Position numbers and translations under genes: made by a program. A stretch of DNA of 64,000 nt from Raja brachyura (lineage: Eukaryota), in the NCBI GenBank assembly GCA_963514005.1, contig OY740781.1, forward strand, positions 177,692,001 through 177,756,000. Reading direction: 5' to 3'. How positions within the stretch are numbered: position 1 is the stretch's first letter; each line of letters opens with the position of its first letter. Positions 1 through 10,775 of the stretch are shown here, piece after piece. The notes below the pieces were generated by a model. It had not been told where the DNA came from. It worked only from the letters and a program-made list of their open reading frames with translations, and did no database searches.

Positions 1-111
1 TGCATTGCACATCCCCTGTAAACTTTCCCCCTCTCTCAAAGCTATGCCAGAGTATTTGACATTTGCACCCTGGGAAAAAACAATTCTTTCTCTACCCTAT
101 CTATGCCTCTC
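1..111 (-). mobile_element. CR1 LINE 3'-region fragment
   Basis: Reverse complement (gagaggcatagatagggtaga...ttcccagggtgcaaatgtcaaatactc...) resembles the CR1 3' copy at 35198-35495. Confidence 0.65.
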
Positions 112-1212
112 TTGGCCTCGAGGAACTCCAGAAATGACAACAGGGGTTAAATCATCTTAGCGCAACATGTTATTCGACCAAATTGGTAAGAATTCCTTTT
201 AGGGACAGGAAGTAATTGTTGTAAAGAAAAACTTTGATCTATCAAATTTATTATCCCATAAGTGAACCTTGGCAGAACAGACCATATTTTAATCTGCAAA
301 GAGCATGCTCAAGTTCACTGATTTATCTGCAGCCGTGGTTGTCTCATGATCTGTTAATGCGCAACAGATCATGAAGGTGGGGTGTGGAGAGCAAAAAATG
401 AGAAGAGGGGGATTGTCCATGCGATTTGCAGAGCTGCCTTCTGACAGCATTGAAAATTCTTCCGTTTTGTTCAATTTACACTTCTTATAGACAGCACAAA
501 TTTCAAGTTTTCCATTGCTATTTCTCCAGCTGTTTTCCTTGCTTTTGATTTCAAATGTTACCTTCCCTCAGTTTTAATGTTTCTATATTACCTTGAGCCA
601 AACTAAGTGTTACTTTAATTTCTGCAGGCTCTAGTTTTGAATATCAACTTCATTGATATACTCAAATGTTTGCGAAGCAAGATTCAAAGAGTTTATCTCA
701 AATAAACTTGTTAATCTGGCTGTTCGTATATTATCACTTAAAACAAATGGCTTCAAATACAAGATTGTGAGGGAGATGTGGAGAGTTGTAGATCTGCTCA
801 GTCAATGCAGGAATGCAACAACATTTCTTCTCAGAGTAGAGCAAGCAGAGTCTTTGAATATTTTTAAGGCAGACGCAGATTCTATATGAAAATAACAACT
901 GTCCATTTCCTCTACGGATGTTGCCACAGACACAGAGTTCCTCCAGCAGTCTTTTTTCGCTCAATAATCCAGCAGTATTTTGTGTCTCCATTAGAACCAT
1001 TCCTGTTGGCTATCCCTTTTTCTTTTTCTCAGTCTATAATTGTCTGGCTTTGCTGGACATGTACCTATACTGTAGATCCACATCAGCAATGCCATATCCA
1101 GATACTGTATAACAGCTTATCTGATCCTACTTGCCATATGACATTTTATCAGAGATATTCCCTTTGTTCGATATACTTTGGAGCTACCCTGACTAACTTG
1201 CTCAAAAAAGAC

Positions 1213-1345
1213 AGTCTAAAGAAGGGGCCTGACACAAAACATCGCCTTTCCACGTTCTCCCAAAACGCAGCCTAACCTGTCGAGTTACTCCAGCACTTTG
1301 CATTTTTTGCTCAAGATTTCAGCATCTGCAGTTCCTTGTGTCTAC
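1213..1345 (+). mobile_element. Penelope-like terminal repeat (pLTR) fragment, decayed
   Basis: gtctaaagaaggggcctgacacaaaacatc...gagttactccagcac...cagcatctgcagttcc; same family as 45539-45641 and 46556-46678. More decayed relatives lie at about 1378-1470 and 1686-1805. Confidence 0.7.
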
Positions 1346-2709
1346 TGTACACTAATTTGATTATCTTTTTCTTAGATCTAATGAAGAATCCCTCATTGGA
1401 AATGGTCAGATTTTCTTTCCCCAGATGCTACCTGCCCTGCTTGGTTTTTACACAATTTTCCATTTCCTGTTCTTATTATCACATTAGGTCACGTATGAGA
1501 GTAGCCTGCTAAACAGGTCCCACCATCTTATCATTTACACCTTAATGTACAGACCAAAACATTCAACGAGATGATAACTAACTGCCACCATGACACATTT
1601 CCTTTCAACTGACACTCTTTTCTTACTCATCCCTTCCCATCTTCTTCTGACTGAAAACTAATTTGCCTTTGTTTTGTTTCCATTTTTGACAATGGGTCAT
1701 AGACCAAAAAATGTGACTGTTTCTCTTTCCATGGATATTCTCTGATTTGCTCTTTTTCCAGCATTGACTGTTTTTTATTTCAGGTTTCAGGGATCTGCAT
1801 TTTTTAAATGTTTGATAGCAAATAAAAGATAGCAGAGGGTTGGGAAAGATGGGCAAGATAGCACCGAGTACTGTTAAAGTATATGTGAAAACTGACATTG
1901 TGCCTTTGGATTAAGTGATTGAAGGACTGTATGCAAATAAACAGGAAGGCGGCTATGAAGAGAGCCTTGGGGAAACACTAACTTGGTATTTTTAGATGAC
2001 TTTGATAAGGAGCTGCTGCAGTGAGCTTCTTCACATGCAATGTTCAGTATTACACATGAAACCCATTTATACACTGAAGATTTATTAAGTTCCAACAGTA
2101 CTGCATTTATATTAGTGCTAAAACAACATGCTTAGTGGACTGATGCATTGTCAAAATAAAATTTTGCATTCTCTGCCACAAACAAATTCCATTGAGCATT
2201 TGTATGCAGTTTATTTCTAGGTGCAAATAACAACTTCTCACGTAAACAGTAAATCTGAAGCAAATTACATGTAATACTGTGGATCACCACACAAATTGCA
2301 TGCGGAATGGAATTATTTCCATATTTGCAATTTGAATGTAACAAACAAAGTTACTGGGATGTGTATGTGTGCTAATTACTAGAGAAAAGAGTTCCATATT
2401 AAAAGGCAGGATGTGAAGACTGTATATATACCAAATCCTTTCTAGTATCATTATTGTTTTGCAATTCTGTTAAGTCTGACTCCACATGCGGATCAACAGA
2501 TGTGGTTAGAATGTTTTTTTTCTCTGATATAAATATGAAAACAAATCAAAACGTAAATAATGTCCCCATTATTCTGCAAAATATAGATACAAATTCAACT
2601 TTTATCAGAATATATTTACTCAAGGCAAATATTTACTTGGCCAATATTTGAAAATAGTCCACAAGCTAAAGAATCTAATACCACATACAAGCATAAACTG
2701 AACTGTAAC

Positions 2710-3545
2710 AGCAATGGAAGCCATTCAGCCCATCAGATTCATGCTGGCTCCTTGTGGAGCAGGCTATTCAGCCTCATTCAGCTCTTTCATTACAACTCAA
2801 AATATTTTTACTTGGGTGCCTATCCATTTCTCTTTTGAAAGATAGTTTCTCCTGCTTTTGCAAGCTATACATTTAAATCATAACTCTTCCCCACATAAAT
2901 AAAATTCCCCCCCATCCCCACGAATTTGTCCCCCTTGGTTCTTGTACTATCTGGCAAAGAGAAGTGTTTTTTTGGCCTATATTCCCCATATGCTCTTTTA
3001 ATATATTTTTTTAAAGAATAAACTAAGCATCTCAAATCTAAAGTAGTTATATCCATGGAAATAATCTAGTAAATCTCATTTGCACCTATTTTCAGGACCT
3101 TTTATTCTAAAATGTGATGACCAGAACTGGACACAATAGCTCAGTTGCAGCCTAACTAGTGTTATAAGGGTTGAACAGAGTCTACTTGCTTGGTACAACA
3201 GTACTCTCATTATAATGTCTCAGATCCTGTATCTTTAGTAAAGACTCCCTCAATATGCCATGCAACTTCGTTCCCCTCCTTTTCTGCACAGCCTTTACAG
3301 TTGTTCTATTTAGTCGAACATCTGTTGGTCCAAAATGTATCATTTTATTCCACCATTTGTCCATGCGTTCTACCAATCTTCGTACTTTGAGTCTATTCCT
3401 ATTCCCCTCACCATTGCCATACATTAGGTTTGGTGGAGTCTGCAACCTTTGAAATTTAAATCTGTACTTCTATATCAGAGTCATTAATATAGATCAAAAA
3501 GTAGTGGCCCAAGCACTGACCCCAGGTGAGTACCATTCTCCAGTC
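2710..3545 (-). mobile_element. Decayed CR1 LINE (RT C-terminal region and 3' end)
   Basis: Minus-strand remnants such as 'RLVERMDKW..KMIHFG', ccagaactggacacaata (CVQFWS motif) and a CR1-type 3' end (gccattcagccc). Confidence 0.65.
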
Positions 3546-3778
3546 TAAAATACTTTCAGTCCAAGAGTCAATTATTTTGATTCTGTTGGCAGATCAATTT
3601 CCCTCATGGGATAAATAAAGTTCTATTGTATCGTGCCGTTATTCATGCTGCTGCTAACCCTTTGATTCCACAAATTTCCATTCTACTTAGCGGCTTTTTA
3701 TGTAGGTAGCCTAACTTATTTTGATTTCAATAATTTTTCATGATTAAATATCTCATTGCTGCTTTAGCACACGCTAAC

Positions 3779-3920
3779 CTGAAAAGTTTTCAACCAATCC
3801 TGAAGTTCTGGAGGGGGCTGGATAGATGTGATCCGGCGTCGCTGTTGCCCTTGCCCATTTGCTGCTCTCAGATCACCAAAGGTGGTGGGTGTTGCCGAAC
3901 ATGGAACCAGCCCAGCGGTG
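3779..3920 (-). CDS. FBXW7: FBXW7 second shared coding exon (142 nt), leading into the dimerisation domain
   Basis: Minus strand: ...ttttgctggcag|C ACC GCT GGG CTG GTT CCA TGT ... AAA ACT TTT CAG|gttagc, translating as (S)TAGLVPCSATPTTFGDLRAANGQGQQRRRITSIQPPPELQDWLKTFQ. This is nearly identical to recalled vertebrate FBXW7 (STTGLVPCSATPTTFGDLRAANGQGQQRRRITSVQPPTGLQEWLKMFQ). AG/GT boundaries are canonical and the phase fits the preceding 83-nt exon. Confidence 0.97.
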
Positions 3921-4249
3921 CTGCCAGCAAAAGCAAACCATGGTTAAAAACAAAGCTTATGGATTGCAATGCAAGGGGATGTATAGCATAAATCAGAAGT
4001 TATAAAATAACGTTGAAGTAGGAGCCATTAATTCAAAATAAAAATGAGTCTTCAGAATATCTATCCTAATGTATATTGAAAACAACAATTAGCTTAAAAT
4101 TAAACAGACAGCTTTGTAAACATACACACTGTCTACAAAGACAACTGAGTGTTAATTGGCCTACATCAAACCAGAAATCTTCAGTATGTTATTCCACATC
4201 ATAGAACTGATAGAGATGAAGGAAGCTTTCACACCAAACTTATTTTATC

Positions 4250-4640
4250 TAAAACACAAAGCACTGGAGTTACTCGGCAGCATCAGAGAAGGAACGGATA
4301 GGTGACGTTTCAGGATGGAGCCCTTCTTCAGACAGAAGGGTCCTGCATTAGTGGTGCTTCTTCAGGCTGATTGCAGTAAAGGGGGAGAAAGCTGGAAAGG
4401 AGGTGGGAGTGGGACAAAGCCTAGCAAGTGACAGGTGGAGACACAAGAACTGCAGACACAAGAACTGCAGAAATAGTAAAATACTAACACTGGAGTAACT
4501 CAGCAGTCAGGCAGTAACTGTGCAGGGAATGGATAGGCGACATTTCAGGATGGAGCCTTTCTTCAGACAGAAGGGTCCCAGATACGGGTGAGAGGGGTTT
4601 GACTGGATACAGGGGGTTGATTGGAAAATGGATGGACGAG
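4250..4640 (-). mobile_element. Penelope-like 3' region with two tandem/nested pLTR copies
   Basis: Two copies of ctggagt(t/a)actc...ggatagg(t/c)gac(g/a)tttcaggatggagcc(c/t)ttcttcagacagaagggtcc (about 4263-4343 and 4490-4578), plus GA-rich sequence resembling 48180-48300. Confidence 0.7.
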
Positions 4641-4641
4641 G

Positions 4642-5035
4642 AATAACTTGCATTTATGTACTGTCTTTCATTTTCCCAAGATATCAGAAGGCATCCTAAT
4701 ACCAGTAAGCTTTGTTTAAAATGCTAGAATTGTTAGTATGCAGCAAGTATAACAGTCAATTTGCATGCACCATGGTTCCCTGCTAAAAAGTGAGATTAAC
4801 AGTTAATATGCTCATTAGTCGAGGATGAATATTAGCTGGGCCACCAGAAGAACTACTCTGTTTATTGGAGTAGCACAGGAATTTTAATGCCCACCTACTA
4901 CTGGAGGCAAGGTCACAATAAAATACATTCTTCAAAGCATGGTACTGGTGATAATATGCAATTCCCAGCCTTATGTGAGACTGGATTATGAAATATTGGG
5001 GTTTGATGACATGATTTTGACTTGGCTGCAGTACC
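4642..5035 (-). mobile_element. Ancient Deu-domain SINE (SacSINE1/AmnSINE1-like), decayed
   Basis: aacttgcatttatgtactgtctttca...cagtcaatttgcatgcac...gaggatgaatattagctgggccacc...ggaattttaatgcccaccta is colinear with my recollection of the shark Deu-SINE consensus in reverse. Confidence 0.55.
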
Positions 5036-5145
5036 GCTCAGTCATAATGGAACATGAGACGTGGTATTATTTGTACAAATAGTTGTTGTGATTGAGATTG
5101 CTTATATTGGATCATCAAAATGAGGCAACTAAGAATGCTGGAATA

Positions 5146-5625
5146 TAGAAACATAGAAAATAGGTGCAGGAGGAGGCCATTTGGCCCTTCGAACCAGCAC
5201 CGCCATTTATTGTGATCATGGCTGATCATCCACAATCAGTAACCGTGCCTGCCTTCTCCCCATATCCCTTGATTCCGCTAGTCCCTGGAGCTCTATCTAA
5301 CTCTCTTTTAAATTAATCCAGTGAATTGGCCTGATCTGCCTTCTGTGGCAGAGAATTCCACAAATTCACAACTCTCTGGGTGAAAACGTTTTTCTCATCT
5401 CAGTTTTTAATGGCCTCCCCTTTATTCTTAGACTGTGACCCCTGGTTCTGGACTCCCCCAACATTGGGAACATTTTTACGGCATCCAACTTGTCCAGTCC
5501 TTTTATAATTTTGTATGTTTCTATAAGATCCCCTCTCATCCATCTAAATTCCAGTGAATGCAAGCCCAGTCTTTCCAATCTTTCCTCATATGACTGTCCC
5601 GCCATCCCAGCGATTAACCTCATGA
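5146..5625 (-). mobile_element. CR1 LINE 3' end (young subfamily)
   Basis: ORF 5366-5623 (YEERLERLGLHSLEFRWMRGDLIETYKIIKGLD...RTRGHSLRIKG) is the CR1 ORF2 C-terminus; ends in aaacatag tail repeats. Confidence 0.9.
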
Positions 5626-7123
5626 ATATAGTTTAAACCAAACCTCTAATGGGCTTTAATGGCAGTTATGATAAATACGAATATAAATTATCCTGTTCTC
5701 TTTGCTGCACCTATTCAGAGCTCACCTGGTCAGGGCTACACTCAGTTTAATGACCCGTTTGACATGCTCATGCCAAAAACGTTTTTTGAGAGGGGATGGC
5801 GAAGAAACACAAATAAATAGCCCTGTTAAGAGTGGAAGATCTGAAAATCAGGTCATTGCGGAGGCACCTGTGATCACACTAAATGCTCACATTAGCAGCA
5901 GCACCAATTTGAAGTTTATGCTGCACAGCACTAGGGGGAAGATAGATCCACAGAGTCGTACAGCACGGAAACAACTTGTCTATGCCAACTAAGATGCCCA
6001 TCTAAACTAATCCCGTTTGCCTGCATTGGTCTCATATTTATTTAAACCATTACTATTTTAAGCTGATTCAATGGATATTAAATACCTATTCTTTTGAATT
6101 ATATCCAATACTTCCAGTGGTGATTAATATTGTCCCTCGAGTCATAAGCAATTCAAATAAACTTGGTTTGTTATTTTCAGACAATAACTGCAATATACCC
6201 ATTGATTTAAAAAAACCCCCCATCATTTTAACTTGTGTATTGAAGCAGAATGAAGTGACTGGTATTTCTGAAAGAGGTAACAAACTGTTTTATTCATTTA
6301 TATGAAATCTCTTTAATACCTCAGAATTACATTATAATTCATTAACATTTTATTATACTGAAGTGTGTGTTGATGATCACTGAATGTTGTCACTATAAGA
6401 AATTTTGTCAGTACAGGAAACATGTTAACAATTACCAATTAAAATAAAATCTAAAATAATCTTGAAAATTCCAATTTAACTGTAAATAAAGAACAAATAA
6501 GCTTGCACAATTCAAACAAAAGGGTAGAGTTCATGAAGATCCTACTCATCATTTTATGCAATACATATATCATATATATTTAATCAAAGCTTCACAGTTA
6601 AGTATTTTTAAGAGCGTGACACATGAGAACATGACAGGTTAAAATGTTACCACATTAACAAATTATTTTATTTGCCAATAATGAAAACATTACTATGGAT
6701 CTGAAAATCAAATGATGGAAACTGCCGCCCGCAAGGCTGGATCTTGTATCTATGGAATAGAATTTGTTGCCATGTCAGTAGCAGTTGTTTGTTAATGGAT
6801 GTGATGATTTCTACCCTGTGGCCCTATACTGCTAGTTTATAATTGGGCAAAAATTAGTCCAATTTTAATGCTTTGGATTTTAGGCCAAGAACCTGTCTCA
6901 TCACAGCCTCTCTTTATATGGCAACAAGGAACCTAGACAACATGCAATAGTCCTGGCATAATACACCAAATGTTTGGGTTATGCATTTAATGCACATTCC
7001 TTTTTAAAACTCACATCTATCAGTATCAGCTGAGGTCAGTTATTTTCATAAACAGGAAAAATGGAAGTATGCAGTATACAATTTCTGCTAGTAAGCCTTG
7101 ATAACAAAGACATCTTAAAATAC

Positions 7124-7206
7124 CTTTTGTAGTCTGAGCCTTTGCAAGGTTTCTTTCCTGAAGAGAAAGACCGGACCTCAGGGCCAGGGTCCAATTTTCT
7201 CTTCAT
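7124..7206 (-). CDS. FBXW7: FBXW7 first shared coding exon (83 nt)
   Basis: Minus strand: ctatttcttgtttcag|ATG AAG AGA AAA TTG GAC CCT ... GAC TAC AAA AG|gtattt, translating as MKRKLDPGPEVRSFSSGKKPCKGSDYK(S). Matches recalled MKRKLDHGSEVRSFSLGKKPCKVSEYTS. Phase-0 acceptor with a polypyrimidine tract; phase-2 donor joins the 3920 exon in frame. Confidence 0.97.
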
Positions 7207-8803
7207 CTGAAACAAGAAATAGAAGAGATTTGAAAAAAATATTGAAAACTATTTTTTGATTCATTCAAGCCAATTATGTGCGACCACAAATAAACAATTA
7301 CAATAATAATGAAAGCTAATATAATGTTTTCTGGTTTTAAAAGGAATAACAATCACACAGTAGTTTAATAATCTTCATCATGGACTTAGTGCAGGTCAGT
7401 GTAGCTCAGCATTGAACATAAAGGTTGTTAATGCTTATCACTTAAACTTTTCAATGTTTTCAAAGTAGATTTGTGCCTTTTACACAAATTTATGTTTAAA
7501 AGACTGAATCAGAAAGAAGTTAAGCAACTAAACTGAGTGGAATAAATTATGCTCACTGGTATTTTGCAGGGCATGAGAAATTTAGCTTTGCTCGAGTACC
7601 ATAGACTTAAAAAAAATCTAATGGAAATGTAAAACAAGGCAGTTTTAAATATGCAGTTAGGTATTGTTCTGGGAATGATTTTGCATATGCAATCTAGGAT
7701 AGTGGGGAAAAAATGTTAGTGCACACCAAGCTTCCACAAAACAACCACAGAATAGAAATTCATTTTTAATCAAAATATTCAGAAAGGCAGGGGGAATCCT
7801 TGTCAACGGGCATCAGGAACTATGTTTTGTTAAATGCTTCACAGCATTTAACATGGGTTACATTTATTGCATGGATCTTTGGCCTTCTACATTTTTTTTA
7901 TTGAATTAGGCAAATTATTCCGAGTAAATTATCATGAAATAGAACTGTGACCTTGCCCGGGAAATAAATTGAAATAGGTGCTATTGTTGATATTTTTAAA
8001 CCAGATTATTCAATCATTGCATGTTTATGCCTGACCACAGATCCAAATCGTGTGGCATAAAGTCGGCACAGTGTGTACAAAATACAGCAGGGGAATGAGT
8101 CATTCAGTCGGCTAAAACACGTAGACACAGGATGATGCCAACCATCCAGTTGCATTTTTTTCCCTGTTAAAATGAATATATCCTGCTTACTTGGTTGATT
8201 TTTTTTTGTCCCCTCAAGAAACAGGCATTTATACTTCTTTAACCATATACTGGTTTGACTAGTACAATGGAGAAGAAAATTACTAACAAGGTTTGTGGTT
8301 TTAGTATTAAATTACATTGGTATATGTCGTGATGGTCCAATCTCGAAATGTGAAAAAGACTGCAACATAAAGTGTTAGTCATCCATAACTCTAATGTGAA
8401 AGAATTTAAGATTTGCTACACCTTATTCTTGCTTGCTTTTCCTCCTACACAGTGCAGCAGAAAACCTAACATTGCATAGGACAATTATAATCAATAAATT
8501 CTGCATGATTTGATCTAATTGGTAATTTATTGCTTGTCTTACATAAAACAGAACATGATCTACATTGCCTAGCATGATAATTGTCACTGCGACTTCGCCA
8601 CCTTCCATCCAATGACGTGAATATTTGCAGTTATTTGCGAAGATGCGACAGTTTTTTTTTGAGCTGCTATAAAGTCATAGGTCGACCAACTATTTAAACA
8701 TATATCAAAGTCACAGAAAATTAGACACTATCTTGACAGTAAACATTTTCGTAAACCTATTCAATGCTAAAATTCACGTTGAAATGAAGATGATGCCTCT
8801 ATT

Positions 8804-8824
8804 GGGGGGGGGGGGGGGGGGGGG
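8804..8824. repeat. Poly-G tract (21 nt)
   Basis: Homopolymer read directly, in the intron between the beta exon and the first shared exon. Confidence 0.9.
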
Positions 8825-9198
8825 TAGGGTGCAGGAGGAAGGCAACAAATGGTGTTATCATAAAAAACCCAAATCCCCAAATCAATTCAACTCACTCGCA
8901 GGATTACAATGGCAACACTCTTAGCCTTATTCCGTTTTAAAAAAAATAATTAACTGCAGTTATTGGGTAACAGGTAGTAAGATTTCAATAATTTCTAGTG
9001 GACGATTTCCACGGATTACTAAATAATTATTACTGGAGACTTCATATTATTGAAGTGGAGGAAAGATGCCTTTCCTTCAATCAACTAACATTTATTTCGT
9101 GCCGGTAAGTTATTGCCAGTGATTTCCAAAGAACAGAATAATCTGGTGACACTTAAAATGACCGCATTCAGCACAACATTGCATTCGCACCAACTTAC

Positions 9199-9237
9199 TT
9201 TAAAAAAGATCATTTTTAAAGTGCCGTAGAAACCCAT
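9199..9237 (-). CDS. FBXW7: FBXW7 beta-isoform first exon, coding part (MGFYGTLKMIFFK)
   Basis: Minus strand acc ATG GGT TTC TAC GGC ACT TTA AAA ATG ATC TTT TTT AAA|gtaagt. Strong Kozak context (accATGG), consensus donor, phase 0 into the 7206 exon. Matches the recalled end of the mammalian beta exon (MGFYGTLKMIFYK). Confidence 0.93.
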
Positions 9238-9250
9238 GGTGAGTGTTGGT

Positions 9251-9331
9251 TCAGATCCTTGAGAGGTCGGCTGATGGTTGCGGAGACAGTGCTGCTTCAG
9301 GTAGAGGGTGCGATGTCCCCAACATGGACAT
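9251..9331 (-). other. Upstream ORF (26 aa, MSMLGTSHPLPEAALSPQPSADLSRI*) in the beta leader
   Basis: ATG at 9331, TGA at 9253-9251. Ends 13 nt before the main beta ATG at 9237 and is out of frame with it. Relevant only if transcription starts upstream of 9331. Confidence 0.5.
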
Positions 9332-9345
9332 GCTCAGGCACGTCA
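9326..9345. promoter_or_regulatory. p53-family response element (two adjacent half-sites, zero spacer)
   Basis: GGACATGCTC (perfect RRRCWWGYYY) directly followed by AGGCACGTCA (2 mismatches), about 90 nt 5' of the beta ATG. Mammalian FBXW7-beta is an established p53 target. Confidence 0.75.
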
Positions 9346-9380
9346 AAGAATGGGCGAGCTTACACTACAACTAAGCAAAA

Positions 9381-9400
9381 CCTCCTCCTCCTCCTCCTCC
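9381..9400. repeat. (CCT)n / (GGA)n trinucleotide microsatellite
   Basis: cctcctcctcctcctcctcc read directly; a (CA)n tract follows at about 9473-9488. Confidence 0.9.
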
Positions 9401-10599
9401 AGAGCCAATGCAGTTCGCCGGTAATTCTCACACGACAAGCTGTACTTGGGCTTCGGAGGACAAAACAGAACAAACACACACACACACAAAAAGAGGGAGG
9501 GGGAAGCTAGCCTTGGAGAATCGGCTGTCCAATAAACAGATTCTGCTGTGCCTAACAGATGGATGAAACTGCACTGTGTTCCACCCCCTGCCTTGTAAGA
9601 AAGAAATGGCTCGACCCAGCTAGCAACAATGTGAGCTGCACGTCAATTAGATGAACAAAGCCCCAGGGAGCCTGCAAGCTGAGGGCGAGCGAAACGGAAG
9701 GAGAATTGCAGCCGGTTTCACATGATTAAATTCAACTCATTTTCCTCCCACCCTCCCGGTTTGCATTCTGCGGGCAAGTGGAATGTGTGGAATTATTGAT
9801 ACATCCGAGGATTCTGGCGTCGGTGCTCAATGAATCCCATTACTCTTTTTTTTTTGGAAAAGGGACTTTTCTCTCACCATTCACTTTGCGGTGTGTATGT
9901 CGATGCTCACACAGACCAAGCCTCTCCGGCACCCACCCTCTTGTCCTTCACCGTGTTTGAATAATTTCACCTGCCTTTTCTCACAACAAACATCATGCAG
10001 GTGGTATGTGGGCCAGAACTCAGGGTTTTCCATCTGCCAATGATCATTCATTGCCATAGCAATTGAAGCCGCGGTGGCAGAGGTCGGCCACCTACTTTGG
10101 AGTTAGTTTTGCTTCAACCCCTGCGCTCTTGGAACCCCTGAGAGGTAACTCCCAACCTCTGCAGAAATGAGCGGAATGCCAAGCATGCAGAGGTCACGTT
10201 AGTTCTTTGAAGCATCTATGACCCCCTTGACGTTAACCTTCTGGTATGCAATTCTTGATCAACCGCGCCAAGATTTGAGAATGGTGGGCTGAGATTTTCA
10301 GAGCCAGACAAGAAGAACCTTTGCAAAAACAGGTGTCGACGTGATCCTTAACTGTTCAAAATCAGTTTCACACCCAATTCCATTCTGCCCTCCAATGAAC
10401 AGACCAGTGATAGCCCTTCTAAAGTGTCAATCACCTGCATACCTTTTCATTTTCCAACATAGGAAATGTGACTGTACATTGACATTGCACAAGGTTGGTC
10501 AGAAACTGAATTAGCATAAACAGAAAACGTAACTTATATTGTACAAAGGTGGTGTTACTCTTTAAGAACATATAAGAGATAGCAGCAGAAGTAGACCAA

Positions 10600-10775
10600 T
10601 CTATCTGAAGAAGGGTCCCCACATGTAACAGCATCTATCCATGTTCTCCAGAGACGCTGCCTGACCCACTGAACTAATCCAGCACTCTGATAACATAGTC
10701 ATGCTGCCTGACTCGCTGAGTTACTTCACCATTTTGTGTCTTTTATGTAATTGAACATCTGCAGTTCCTTGTGCT
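10600..10775 (+). mobile_element. Penelope-like pLTR copies (partial tandem)
   Basis: tctgaagaagggtccc...ctatccatgttctccagagacgctgcctgaccc and a second gctgcctgactcgctgagttac...catctgcagttcc. Confidence 0.7.

Larger units (their letters stand above)
9238..9800 (-). promoter_or_regulatory. FBXW7: FBXW7-beta 5' leader / alternative promoter region
   Basis: Immediately 5' of the beta ATG. Locally more GC- and CpG-rich than its flanks, with no recognisable transposon. Contains the p53 motif, a (GGA)n tract and a (TG)n tract. TSS not determinable; boundaries approximate. Confidence 0.6.
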
